In this document: piece after piece, positions 19,943-27,958 of the stretch
Position numbering within the stretch: position 1 is the first letter of the stretch
Layout of the letters: each line of letters starts with the position of its first letter
DNA from: Lentisphaerota bacterium
Lineage (GTDB): Bacteria > Verrucomicrobiota > Kiritimatiellia > RFP12 > UBA1067
DNA: 64,000 bases
Assembly: GCA_015061665.1 (NCBI GenBank)
Contig: SUWC01000003.1
Coordinates: 23,292-87,291, forward strand
Direction of reading: 5' to 3'
The notes under the pieces: generated by a model
The model's input: only the letters and a program-made list of their open reading frames with translations
Database searches by the model: none
Told to the model about the DNA's origin: nothing
Translations under genes and position numbers: made by a program

Positions 19943-21424
19943 CTATTGGTTAGTGGATTCCGACTTATATAGCTCCTGTATCTCCTTCGCCGAAAGCGCC
20001 CGATTGAAAAGCCTGACATCGTCCATATCCCCAATGAAATATTCAGAGTTTACCAGTGGATCGTAGCCGATAAATAAGCTACATTTGTTCGGCTGCAAAT
20101 CTTTTCCAATCTGCCAAGCACCGATTAAAATGCCATTACGATAAAAGCACAAGCTCTTGCCACTTTCGTATATCAGCGCGATCTGCTGCCATTTGTTCAA
20201 CTCCAACCCAAGTTGCCCGCACTTCGCTGATATTCCATTATGAATACCATAACCTGATAGTGATACCACATTGGGCATCATACCGAATAGGTAGTTGACA
20301 TTCGTTTTATCACCTTTCTGCATAACGACTATCCAATGATTGTACCAATTATGTGGCTTTATCCAAGCGGTCATCGTAACCGCATGAATCATGTTCAATG
20401 ACTTCGAATGAGGCACTTCGATATAGCCAGACCCACTGAATCTATACGCCTTGTTGGCGTTTCCATGGCGGTCCTCTGTCTGGGTCACATCATGCAATAT
20501 CCCATTGTTGCGGTTCTTTGTCGCATCCTTAGCGTTGCCGTCAAAGGGCCAATACCCGACAAGACCCCGTTGCAGCCCGGCGCCAAGGGCGGAAGGCGTC
20601 GTCCGCTTTTGAGGGGTTGCAATTTCCGCAATTGCTTCAACCTCCGCCATACGCTGCTCGGCAAGCGTCTTTTGAAGGCCCTTGAGTTCATCGCGATCGA
20701 TTGCCTCGCGGTAAAGCGCGACGGCGTGACTACGGATTGCATCCTTAGCAGCGAGCTGCTGCGGCTTGTAGTTCCACCAAAAATCAGCCAACGTAGCGGT
20801 GGCGGCGGTACCATCAATCTCCTCTTGCGCCATCTTGCCTGCGACGCCACCGAGTTTCGCAAACAGGGAAAGTGCCCCTTCCCATTTTCCTGTTGCGGCA
20901 GTCAACTCCGCGCAACTGCGAACGAGCACCTTGTCAGTTGGATTCTTCTTGAGGTCGGACTCCATTGCCTTCAATGCCTTTGCCCCGTTCACCCGCGCCA
21001 TAACCGAATTATGAATGGCGAATAGTCGAGGCGCAACCTTGGGGTTCACCACCCTCTTTGCGCGAGTGGCTATGTCTAGAAGAATCTCCGGCTCAATGTC
21101 CGGAAATTGCACCATGATCGACTCGATCGTGTCGGCGGCCTTGTCGTACGACTTGTCGCGGACGTAATACGAAACAGCCCCTTTGAGAAACAGGAATTTT
21201 GCAGCCTCTGTTTCAGCCTCGCCGGAGAACTCCACTGCCTTATCGCCAACCTCCGTAGCGGACATTGTTCTATTCTTTAGTTCCGTGATACAGGGCTTCA
21301 TCAATTCATTTACAAGTGCCTGCTTCTGATCTAGCTCTTCTTTCGTGGGCATGGACAACGCGCCTATTACAAGCGCCACCACACCCCCAAGCGACAATAC
21401 AGCCTTCTTCATGTTTCTTTTCAT
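19943..21424 (-). CDS. Secreted protein with a C-terminal LamG/concanavalin-A-like domain
   Basis: Signal peptide. GLVGYWPFDGNAKD, TMTAWIK, FIGDMDDVRLFNRALSAKEI. Lower GC than the flanks. Confidence 0.85.
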   Translation of the reverse strand: MKRNMKKAVLSLGGVVALVIGALSMPTKEELDQKQALVNELMKPCITELKNRTMSATEVGDKAVEFSGEAETEAAKFLFLKGAVSYYVRDKSYDKAADTIESIMVQFPDIEPEILLDIATRAKRVVNPKVAPRLFAIHNSVMARVNGAKALKAMESDLKKNPTDKVLVRSCAELTAATGKWEGALSLFAKLGGVAGKMAQEEIDGTAATATLADFWWNYKPQQLAAKDAIRSHAVALYREAIDRDELKGLQKTLAEQRMAEVEAIAEIATPQKRTTPSALGAGLQRGLVGYWPFDGNAKDATKNRNNGILHDVTQTEDRHGNANKAYRFSGSGYIEVPHSKSLNMIHAVTMTAWIKPHNWYNHWIVVMQKGDKTNVNYLFGMMPNVVSLSGYGIHNGISAKCGQLGLELNKWQQIALIYESGKSLCFYRNGILIGAWQIGKDLQPNKCSLFIGYDPLVNSEYFIGDMDDVRLFNRALSAKEIQELYKSESTNQ

Positions 21425-21711
21425 TTTATTGCAACCCTTTCTTTTATTGTGTTTACCGCACGGCAGTCGAAACGAAAAGAAAACCTCTCTTCATATCTCT
21501 GGTGAGGCCGTGAGATTGCCTTGATGGAAATACGAAGAGAGGAAGTGCGTATGCACTTTCTCTGCAATGTATCGTCCATCTAAAAACTTCTCACGGTTTC
21601 ACCAGACGACTGCTTTGCAGCGATGCAAATTGTTTGCGGCGTTCGGGGGTGGATCCGCCTCCGCCTTGCGGCTTCAGCGCGATGAACGAGGATGTCGGCT
21701 CACACGAAGTA

Positions 21712-21808
21712 GCTTGACGCTCCTGATCAGTTCCCGAACTATGGCTTGCCTGCGGGTGCTCACCCGAAGACATTCATACTATAGCAAAACCGCCACGCTT
21801 GAGTCAAG
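21712..21808. repeat. Direct repeat of about 97 bp, copy 1 (promoter plus leader); copy 2 at 22521-22617
   Basis: GCTTGACGCTCCTGATCAGTTCCCGAACTAT...CATACTATAGCAAAACCGCCAC occurs on both sides of the toxin-antitoxin pair. Confidence 0.9.
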
Positions 21809-21825
21809 TGCGGCGGTTTGGAGAT

Positions 21826-22221
21826 TTATAAAAAGTCGGCCATGTTTGATGGCGGTTGCGTCGGCTCTGGAGGCAAGGTGGCTGCGATTGCTTTCAATTT
21901 AACGTATGCATCTGGGATGTCGTTCTGCAGAATATCCCAAATGGTGTCATAGTCAATGTCAGCATAGTCATGCACAATCTTGTGCCTGACGCCAGACAGA
22001 CCCTTCCAATTAAGTTCTGGATGTTTAGCCGCGAATTTCCTCGTCACGTTATTAGCCGCTTCGCCCACGATCATAAGGTTGAATAGTATACTTTCAGTCT
22101 TGCCTTCGTGCCGCTGCAATTGCCCCCTAGCCAAGCCTTCAGAGACATAGACTATCCATTCAACCGCATCCAACATGTGTCGAACACGAGATTCGTCGCG
22201 ATAGAGGGATGAGTCCTTCAT
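21826..22221 (-). CDS. HEPN (DUF86/HepT-like) RNase toxin
   Basis: Motifs IVGEAANNV, WKGLSGVRHKIVHDY (RX4HXY), WDILQNDIP. Confidence 0.9.
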   Translation of the reverse strand: MKDSSLYRDESRVRHMLDAVEWIVYVSEGLARGQLQRHEGKTESILFNLMIVGEAANNVTRKFAAKHPELNWKGLSGVRHKIVHDYADIDYDTIWDILQNDIPDAYVKLKAIAATLPPEPTQPPSNMADFL

Positions 22222-22517
22222 ACAGGAACAGCCTCCCTACAGACGCGATGGGCAAAACCAAGAGAGCGCGGAAGAACCCGCGAGGAAACCAAGTCCACAT
22301 TCCTTCCCAGAAGTGCTTTATAAGCTTCTGTCATAGAGCACTCATTTTGCCAGCTATATCCGCCAGGCTCCCATTTAACAAGGAAATCCACATCGCTATC
22401 AGGGCGCTCCTCCCTACGGGCGCAAGAACCAAAGACCCAAAGCTTTTCGGCTTTGTGCCCTCTTGCGATAGCACGAATTTCATCACGTTTCGCACGTATC
22501 TGGTCCAACATGCACAT
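22218..22517 (-). CDS. Minimal nucleotidyltransferase (MntA-like) antitoxin
   Basis: VFGSCARREERPDSDVDFLV motif. Overlaps the HEPN gene start. Confidence 0.9.
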   Translation of the reverse strand: MCMLDQIRAKRDEIRAIARGHKAEKLWVFGSCARREERPDSDVDFLVKWEPGGYSWQNECSMTEAYKALLGRNVDLVSSRVLPRSLGFAHRVCREAVPV

Positions 22518-22520
22518 CTG

Positions 22521-22617
22521 GCTTGACGCTCCCGATCAGTTCCCGAACTATGTCTTGCCTGCGGGCTCTCGCCCGAAGACATTCATACTATAGCAAAACC
22601 GCCACTGTAGAGTCAAG
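22521..22617. repeat. Direct repeat of about 97 bp, copy 2; contains a sigma70-like TTGACT...TATAGT promoter on the minus strand
   Basis: Near-identical to 21712-21808. Confidence 0.9.
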
Positions 22618-22708
22618 GGTTGAGGTTTATTTGAGCAATTTACCGTACCCATGCAATACGCCCGAGTATAATTTACGTATTATGTAACAAATGGCAACGT
22701 TTCGGCAG

Positions 22709-22724
22709 TGGCACGTGAAATGCA
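22709..22724 (+). promoter_or_regulatory. Sigma54 promoter upstream of nadE
   Basis: TGGCACGTGAAATGCA, with GG-N10-GC spacing. Confidence 0.65.
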
Positions 22725-22772
22725 TACAAAATCAAAAGCAAGACAACTGTCCACTAGAGATGGAGGCAAGCT

Positions 22773-23918
22773 ATGAATGGATTCTTCAAAATTGCAGCGG
22801 CGACGCCGCGGCTGAACCTGGGCGATCCAGCGGCTAATGCAAAGGAACTCGCGCGCATCGCGAAGGAAGCCGCAAAGGACGGCGCTGCGGCCATCGTCTT
22901 CCCCGAACTGTGCCTTACGGGATACACGTGCGGCGATATGTTCTTCCGCGAAGAGCTGCTCCAGGCCGCGTCCGATTCCGCGAACGCATTCGCCGCGAAG
23001 ACCGCAAAGCTCCCAATCGTCTCCATCGTCGGGCTGCCCATTGCCGAAGGCGCGGCGATATACAATGCCGCTGCTGTCGTTCACGGAGGGAAAATCGTCG
23101 GCATTGTGCGAAAGCGCGCGCTCCCGAACTACGGCGAATACTACGAGCGCCGCCAGTTCACGCCTGCGCAAGCCGACGAACCAGTCACCGTGTTCGACGT
23201 CGGCGGATTCAGGTTCGGTGTCGAGATATGCGAAGACCTATGGACGCCTATTCCCCCAAGTTCACTGATGGCCGGCGAAGGCGTGGACATGATTTTCAAT
23301 CTTTCGGCAAGCACGGATTTCCTCGGCAAGTCGCAGAAGCGGAAATCCCTCGTAGAACAGCAGAGCCTGCGACTCGGCTGCGCATACGCAATGGCATGCG
23401 CGGGAACGGGCGAATCGAGTTCGGACGCAGTGTTCGGCGGCGGATCGCTTATTGCGGCCGAGGGCAAGACAGTCGCCGAAATAAAGCTTTTCAGCGGTTC
23501 GCCGAAAATCGTCGCGGCAAACGTAGACGTCTCCGCGATGCGGCACAGAAGGCGAAGCTCGTCGTCGGTCTACTGCGCACATTCCGTGCTGGGTGCGCAG
23601 CGCCGCGTTGTGTCTCTTCCTGTCAACCTTCCAGATTCCGCGCCTACAGATGTCTCCCGCTCTCCGTTCCTCGATGAATACGGAGAGGACCGCTGGTGGA
23701 GCAAAATCTTGGACATACAGTCCGCCGGACTCGCAAGGCGAATGGCGAGTGCTGTCGCCGGAAAGCTCGTCATAGGAGTTTCGGGCGGAGCGGACTCCGC
23801 GCTCGCTTCCTCGGCTCCGCAAGGGCAGCCGCCTACCTCAAGCTCGCCTCCGCCTTTATGCTCGCGGCGGTGTCGCTTGTCCTTCTCATGCAGGTCAGGC
23901 TCCCCTGACTGGGCATAG
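22773..23918 (+). pseudogene. nadE: Glutamine-dependent NAD synthetase, truncated just after the SGGxDS motif
   Basis: Nitrilase domain (FPELCLTGYTCGD, LPNYGEYYERRQF, EICEDLW), then GVSGGADSALA, then unrelated sequence. Most of the synthetase domain is missing. Confidence 0.85.
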
Positions 23919-24015
23919 GCTTTTCCTATTCCCGTTTGCGTTTATTTCCGATTACCAGTTGCTTCCTGCGATGTGCGATAATATTGCCGTTGAACCAAAA
24001 GAAAGGAACGCAACC

Positions 24016-24897
24016 ATGAACAAGATCAACAGCAGCAACATCGTCCGCACCATAGCCGCAGCAGCAACAGTCGTCGGAATCGCTTCCGCCGCCCATGCAG
24101 GGGTTCCGCTGAACAACCTGCAAGGTTCGGGAGGCATCGCCTTCAACCCGCTGGCGTATACATCCGGTCTGCCGTGGGACGGAGGCGATACGAACGCCCT
24201 CAACGACATCGTCAGCAGGCCCCAGGTCGGCGCGTGGTACGTGAACCTAAACGACGCGGACATCAACTGGTACGCGGGGTCTGCGTCGCTCACGCTCTTC
24301 AAGCGCCTCGAAATCTCATACGGCTACGGGTTCATAAACGCGCACCGCTACGGGGACAAGTCCATCGAGACGCACAACGTCGGCGCCAAGCTTCGCCTTC
24401 TCGACGAGAACGCCTTCGACACGTCGTGGCTCCCCGCCATCGCAGTCGGCGGCGTCTGGAAGTACACCGACTCGAAGACCGTTGACGCGCTCAATCTTGA
24501 CGACAACGGATTCGACGCGTACGTCGTCGCCTCCAAGCTCGTCACCCAGACTCCCGTCCCAGTGCTTCTCTCCGCAGGCCTACTCTACACGGACGAAGTG
24601 GTGAACGGCGTTGTCGGACACAACCACTACGACCTCGTCGCGTTCGGCAACATCGACATCCTTCCCGCCGAGAACGTCGCAATCGGCTTTGAGTACAAAC
24701 AGGGTGCGCGCGTCGGGGACGGAATCCGCAACCACGACTACTACGACGGACACGTCGCCTGGTTCGTCAACAAGAACCTGACGCTCGTCGCGGCCTTCGC
24801 CGAAACAGGAGACAAGGACAAGTTCACGCGCGACGGCTCCACCAAGAACCTCGGCGTCGGCTCTGGCCTCGTGCTAAGCGTCCAGTACCAGTTCTAA
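24016..24897 (+). CDS. DUF3034-like outer-membrane protein
   Basis: Signal peptide, GSGG near the N-terminus, PAIAVGG, beta-strand pattern ending SVQYQF. Confidence 0.6.
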   Translation: MNKINSSNIVRTIAAAATVVGIASAAHAGVPLNNLQGSGGIAFNPLAYTSGLPWDGGDTNALNDIVSRPQVGAWYVNLNDADINWYAGSASLTLFKRLEISYGYGFINAHRYGDKSIETHNVGAKLRLLDENAFDTSWLPAIAVGGVWKYTDSKTVDALNLDDNGFDAYVVASKLVTQTPVPVLLSAGLLYTDEVVNGVVGHNHYDLVAFGNIDILPAENVAIGFEYKQGARVGDGIRNHDYYDGHVAWFVNKNLTLVAAFAETGDKDKFTRDGSTKNLGVGSGLVLSVQYQF

Positions 24898-24917
24898 CCC
24901 TATCATCGGAGAGAGAA

Positions 24918-25790
24918 ATGAACGACAGGCAGGAACTGAACCGCAATCTCGCGCAAATGCTCAAGGGCGGCGTGATAATGGACGTCACGACGCCCGAGCA
25001 GGCGAAGATCGCCGAGCAGGCCGGCGCATGCGCGGTGATGGCTCTTGAACGCATACCCGCCGACATACGTGCGGCGGGAGGCGTCTCGCGCATGAGCGAC
25101 CCTGCGATGATCAAGGGCATACAGGCGGCGGTGTCGATTCCGGTTATGGCGAAGTGCCGCATCGGACACATCGCCGAGGCGCGCATCCTGGAAGCGATCG
25201 AAATCGACTACATCGACGAGTCGGAGGTGCTTTCCCCCGCCGACGACGTGCGCCACATCGACAAGAACAAGTTCAGCGTTCCGTTCGTCTGCGGCGCACG
25301 CGACCTCGGCGAGGCTCTTCGCCGCATCGGGGAGGGCGCGACGATGATCCGCACGAAAGGCGAACCGGGGACGGGCGACGTCGTGCAGGCCGTTAGGCAC
25401 ATGCGCAAGATGCAGAGCGAGATTCGCCGCGTCGTGTCGCTCCGCGAGGACGAGCTCTACGAGGCGGCGAAGGAACTTGCCGCGCCGCTCGACCTCGTCA
25501 GGTTCGTACACGAGAACGGCAAGCTCCCCGTCGTGAACTTCGCGGCAGGCGGAGTCGCGACGCCCGCGGACGCCGCGCTCATGATGGAGCTGGGGGCTGA
25601 AGGCGTGTTCGTGGGCTCGGGAATCTTCAAGTCGGGCGATCCCGCGAAGCGCGCTTCCGCAATCGTGCAGGCCGTCACGAACTGGCAGGACTCGAAGCTT
25701 CTCGCGAAGCTCTCCGAGAACCTCGGCCCCGCGATGGTAGGCATCAACGCCGACGAAATCGAAACCATCATGGAAGAGCGAGGGAAGTAG
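24918..25790 (+). CDS. pdxS: Pyridoxal 5'-phosphate synthase lyase subunit
   Basis: Motifs [41 protein letters not shown]. Confidence 0.97.
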   Translation: MNDRQELNRNLAQMLKGGVIMDVTTPEQAKIAEQAGACAVMALERIPADIRAAGGVSRMSDPAMIKGIQAAVSIPVMAKCRIGHIAEARILEAIEIDYIDESEVLSPADDVRHIDKNKFSVPFVCGARDLGEALRRIGEGATMIRTKGEPGTGDVVQAVRHMRKMQSEIRRVVSLREDELYEAAKELAAPLDLVRFVHENGKLPVVNFAAGGVATPADAALMMELGAEGVFVGSGIFKSGDPAKRASAIVQAVTNWQDSKLLAKLSENLGPAMVGINADEIETIMEERGK

Positions 25791-25791
25791 C

Positions 25792-25866
25792 TTTTTGACA
25801 GGATTTACATGATTTACAGGATTGTTGGTGGTTCATACTAATCTTGTGAATCCTGTTAATCCTGTC
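25792..25866. repeat. Family A palindrome, intergenic between pdxS and pdxT
   Basis: TTTTTGACAGGATTTACATGATTTACAGGATT...AATCTTGTGAATCCTGTTAATCCTGTC. Confidence 0.95.
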
Positions 25867-25885
25867 TGAAAACTGGTATGACGAG

Positions 25886-26440
25886 ATGAGAGTAGGTGTG
25901 TTATCTGTTCAGGGGGCGTTCGCCGAGATGGCGGCGCACTGGCGCGCGCGATGCGCGGAAGTGTTCGAGATCAGGCAGCTCGCCGATCTCGAACGCGCCT
26001 TCGATCTGCTCGCACTCCCAGGAGGCGAGTCGACGGTGCAGGGAAAGCTGCTGAAGGATCTGGGGCTCTTCGGTCCGCTCAAGGCTAAGATCGACGGCGG
26101 ACTTCCCGTGTACGCGACATGCGCGGGGTTAATACTCCTTGCAGAGAAAATAGACGATCCGGGGCGGCGCGACGACACACGACCCGAGATGTGGTTCGGC
26201 ACACTTCCCGTCGAAGTCAGGCGCAATGCCTACGGACGCCAGCTCGGCAGCTTTGTGACGGTCGGCACGTTCGACGGCAAACCGGGCGTTCAGATGACAT
26301 TCATCCGCGCGCCTGCGATCACCTCCGTCTTGTCGCCCGAAGTAAAGGTCCTTTCAACGTTCAACGGCTCGCCAACCTCCGTCCGCTGGCGAAACATTAC
26401 CGCCTTCACCTGGCATCCCGAGCTTACCGGTTGTCCCTAA
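25886..26440 (+). CDS. pdxT: Pyridoxal 5'-phosphate synthase glutaminase subunit
   Basis: Motifs PGGEST, TCAGLILLA, RNAYGRQLGSF, FIRAP, HPELT. Confidence 0.95.
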   Translation: MRVGVLSVQGAFAEMAAHWRARCAEVFEIRQLADLERAFDLLALPGGESTVQGKLLKDLGLFGPLKAKIDGGLPVYATCAGLILLAEKIDDPGRRDDTRPEMWFGTLPVEVRRNAYGRQLGSFVTVGTFDGKPGVQMTFIRAPAITSVLSPEVKVLSTFNGSPTSVRWRNITAFTWHPELTGCP

Positions 26441-26535
26441 GCCGTCAATGCGCGACGTTACAAGATTACAACCGCATAACCGAGAGAGATTACAAAAACT
26501 GTAAAAAGGTGAGCGGATAGACGTGGTTTTGCCCT

Positions 26536-26552
26536 TTGGCATAGGTTGTGCT
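26536..26552 (+). promoter_or_regulatory. Sigma54 promoter of gltD-gltB
   Basis: TTGGCATAGGTTGTGCT, with GG-N10-GC spacing. Confidence 0.78.
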
Positions 26553-26566
26553 AAGTTGCATCCGAT

Positions 26567-27946
26567 ATGCAACGAATACACGACATCTACCGTCCGACAG
26601 AAGAACGTGCGCACGACTGGCGCGAAGTCGAGCGCATGCTGACCGAAGACGAACTGAAAGCGCAGACTACGCGCTGCATGAACTGCGGGCAGCCCTTCTG
26701 CCACGCCTACGGGTGTCCGCTCGGCAACCGCGTCCCAGACCAGAACCGCGCAGTGGCCCAGGGCAACTGGCGCCGCGCGTACGAGCTTCTCGCGGCTAAC
26801 TCGGACTTCCCGGAATTCACGTCGCGCATCTGCCCAGCGCTTTGCGAGGCGAGCTGCGTTCATGGACTCGACGAAGAGTCGGTTATGGTGCGCCAGTCGG
26901 AGAAGCGCATCATCGAGACAGCCTTCGCCAACGGATGGGTCGTGCCGCGTCCGCCGGAAAAGGAGAACGGCAAGTCCGTCGCCGTTATCGGCGCGGGGCC
27001 GGCCGGACTTTCCGCCGCCGTGACGCTGCGCCGTCGCGGATTTGCGGTTACGGTCTACGAACGCCGGGCCAACATCGGCGGACTCCTCCGCTACGGCATT
27101 CCATGCTTCAAGCTCGACAAGTCGCTCATCGACCGCAGACGTGCCGTGATGGAAGCGGAAGGCATCCGCTTCGTCACCGGATGCGAAGTCGGCAACGACG
27201 TCTCGGCGGAATGGCTCGCCAAGCGCCACGACGCCGTTGTCGTCGCGATTGGAACGCCCGCCGCCCGCGATCTCAAGATACCTGGACGAGAACTCGGCGG
27301 CATACATCTCGCCCTGGAGCTGCTGGAAGGGCAAAACCGCTTCCTTACGGGAGAAATCGCGGAGCCGCCGATCAGCGCGAAGGGAAAGAACGTTCTGGTT
27401 ATAGGCGGAGGCGACACAGGCTCGGACTGCGTAGGCACGTCAATCCGCCAGGGAGCGGCGAGCGTGACGCAGATCGAGATAATGCCGAGGCCGCCGGACG
27501 TGCGCGACGCCTCCACGCCGTGGCCGCTCTGGCCGTACATGCTGCGCACGAGCTCCAGCCACAAGGAGGGATGCGAAAGGCGCTGGAACTTGAACTCGCT
27601 GCGGTTCATCAGTAGGGACGCCGTTCCATCGGCGTTCGCATGCGTCACGGGTGTTGAAGTCGAGACTGTTGAATGGGAGCTCTCCCCGGAGGGTCGTCCG
27701 ATGAAGTTCCAAAGCGTGCCGAACTCGAAGGAAGTCATCAAGGCCGACCTCGTATTCCTCGCGATGGGTTTCACCGGCGTGCCGGCGGACAACCCTATCG
27801 TCAAGCAACTCAAACTCGCGCAGACTCCGCGAACCGCCTTGGTGCAGGACTCTTCGCGAAACATCTACTGCGCAGGCGACTGCGCATCGGGAGCATCCCT
27901 CGTCGTGAGGGCGCTCGCCAGCGGAAAGAACATACCCCTTAACTGA
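26567..27946 (+). CDS. gltD: Glutamate synthase small subunit
   Basis: Motifs RCMNCGQPFC, FPEFTSRICPALCE, GAGPAG, IGGGDTGSDC. Confidence 0.96.
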   Translation: MQRIHDIYRPTEERAHDWREVERMLTEDELKAQTTRCMNCGQPFCHAYGCPLGNRVPDQNRAVAQGNWRRAYELLAANSDFPEFTSRICPALCEASCVHGLDEESVMVRQSEKRIIETAFANGWVVPRPPEKENGKSVAVIGAGPAGLSAAVTLRRRGFAVTVYERRANIGGLLRYGIPCFKLDKSLIDRRRAVMEAEGIRFVTGCEVGNDVSAEWLAKRHDAVVVAIGTPAARDLKIPGRELGGIHLALELLEGQNRFLTGEIAEPPISAKGKNVLVIGGGDTGSDCVGTSIRQGAASVTQIEIMPRPPDVRDASTPWPLWPYMLRTSSSHKEGCERRWNLNSLRFISRDAVPSAFACVTGVEVETVEWELSPEGRPMKFQSVPNSKEVIKADLVFLAMGFTGVPADNPIVKQLKLAQTPRTALVQDSSRNIYCAGDCASGASLVVRALASGKNIPLN

Positions 27947-27958
27947 AGGACTAAGGAC

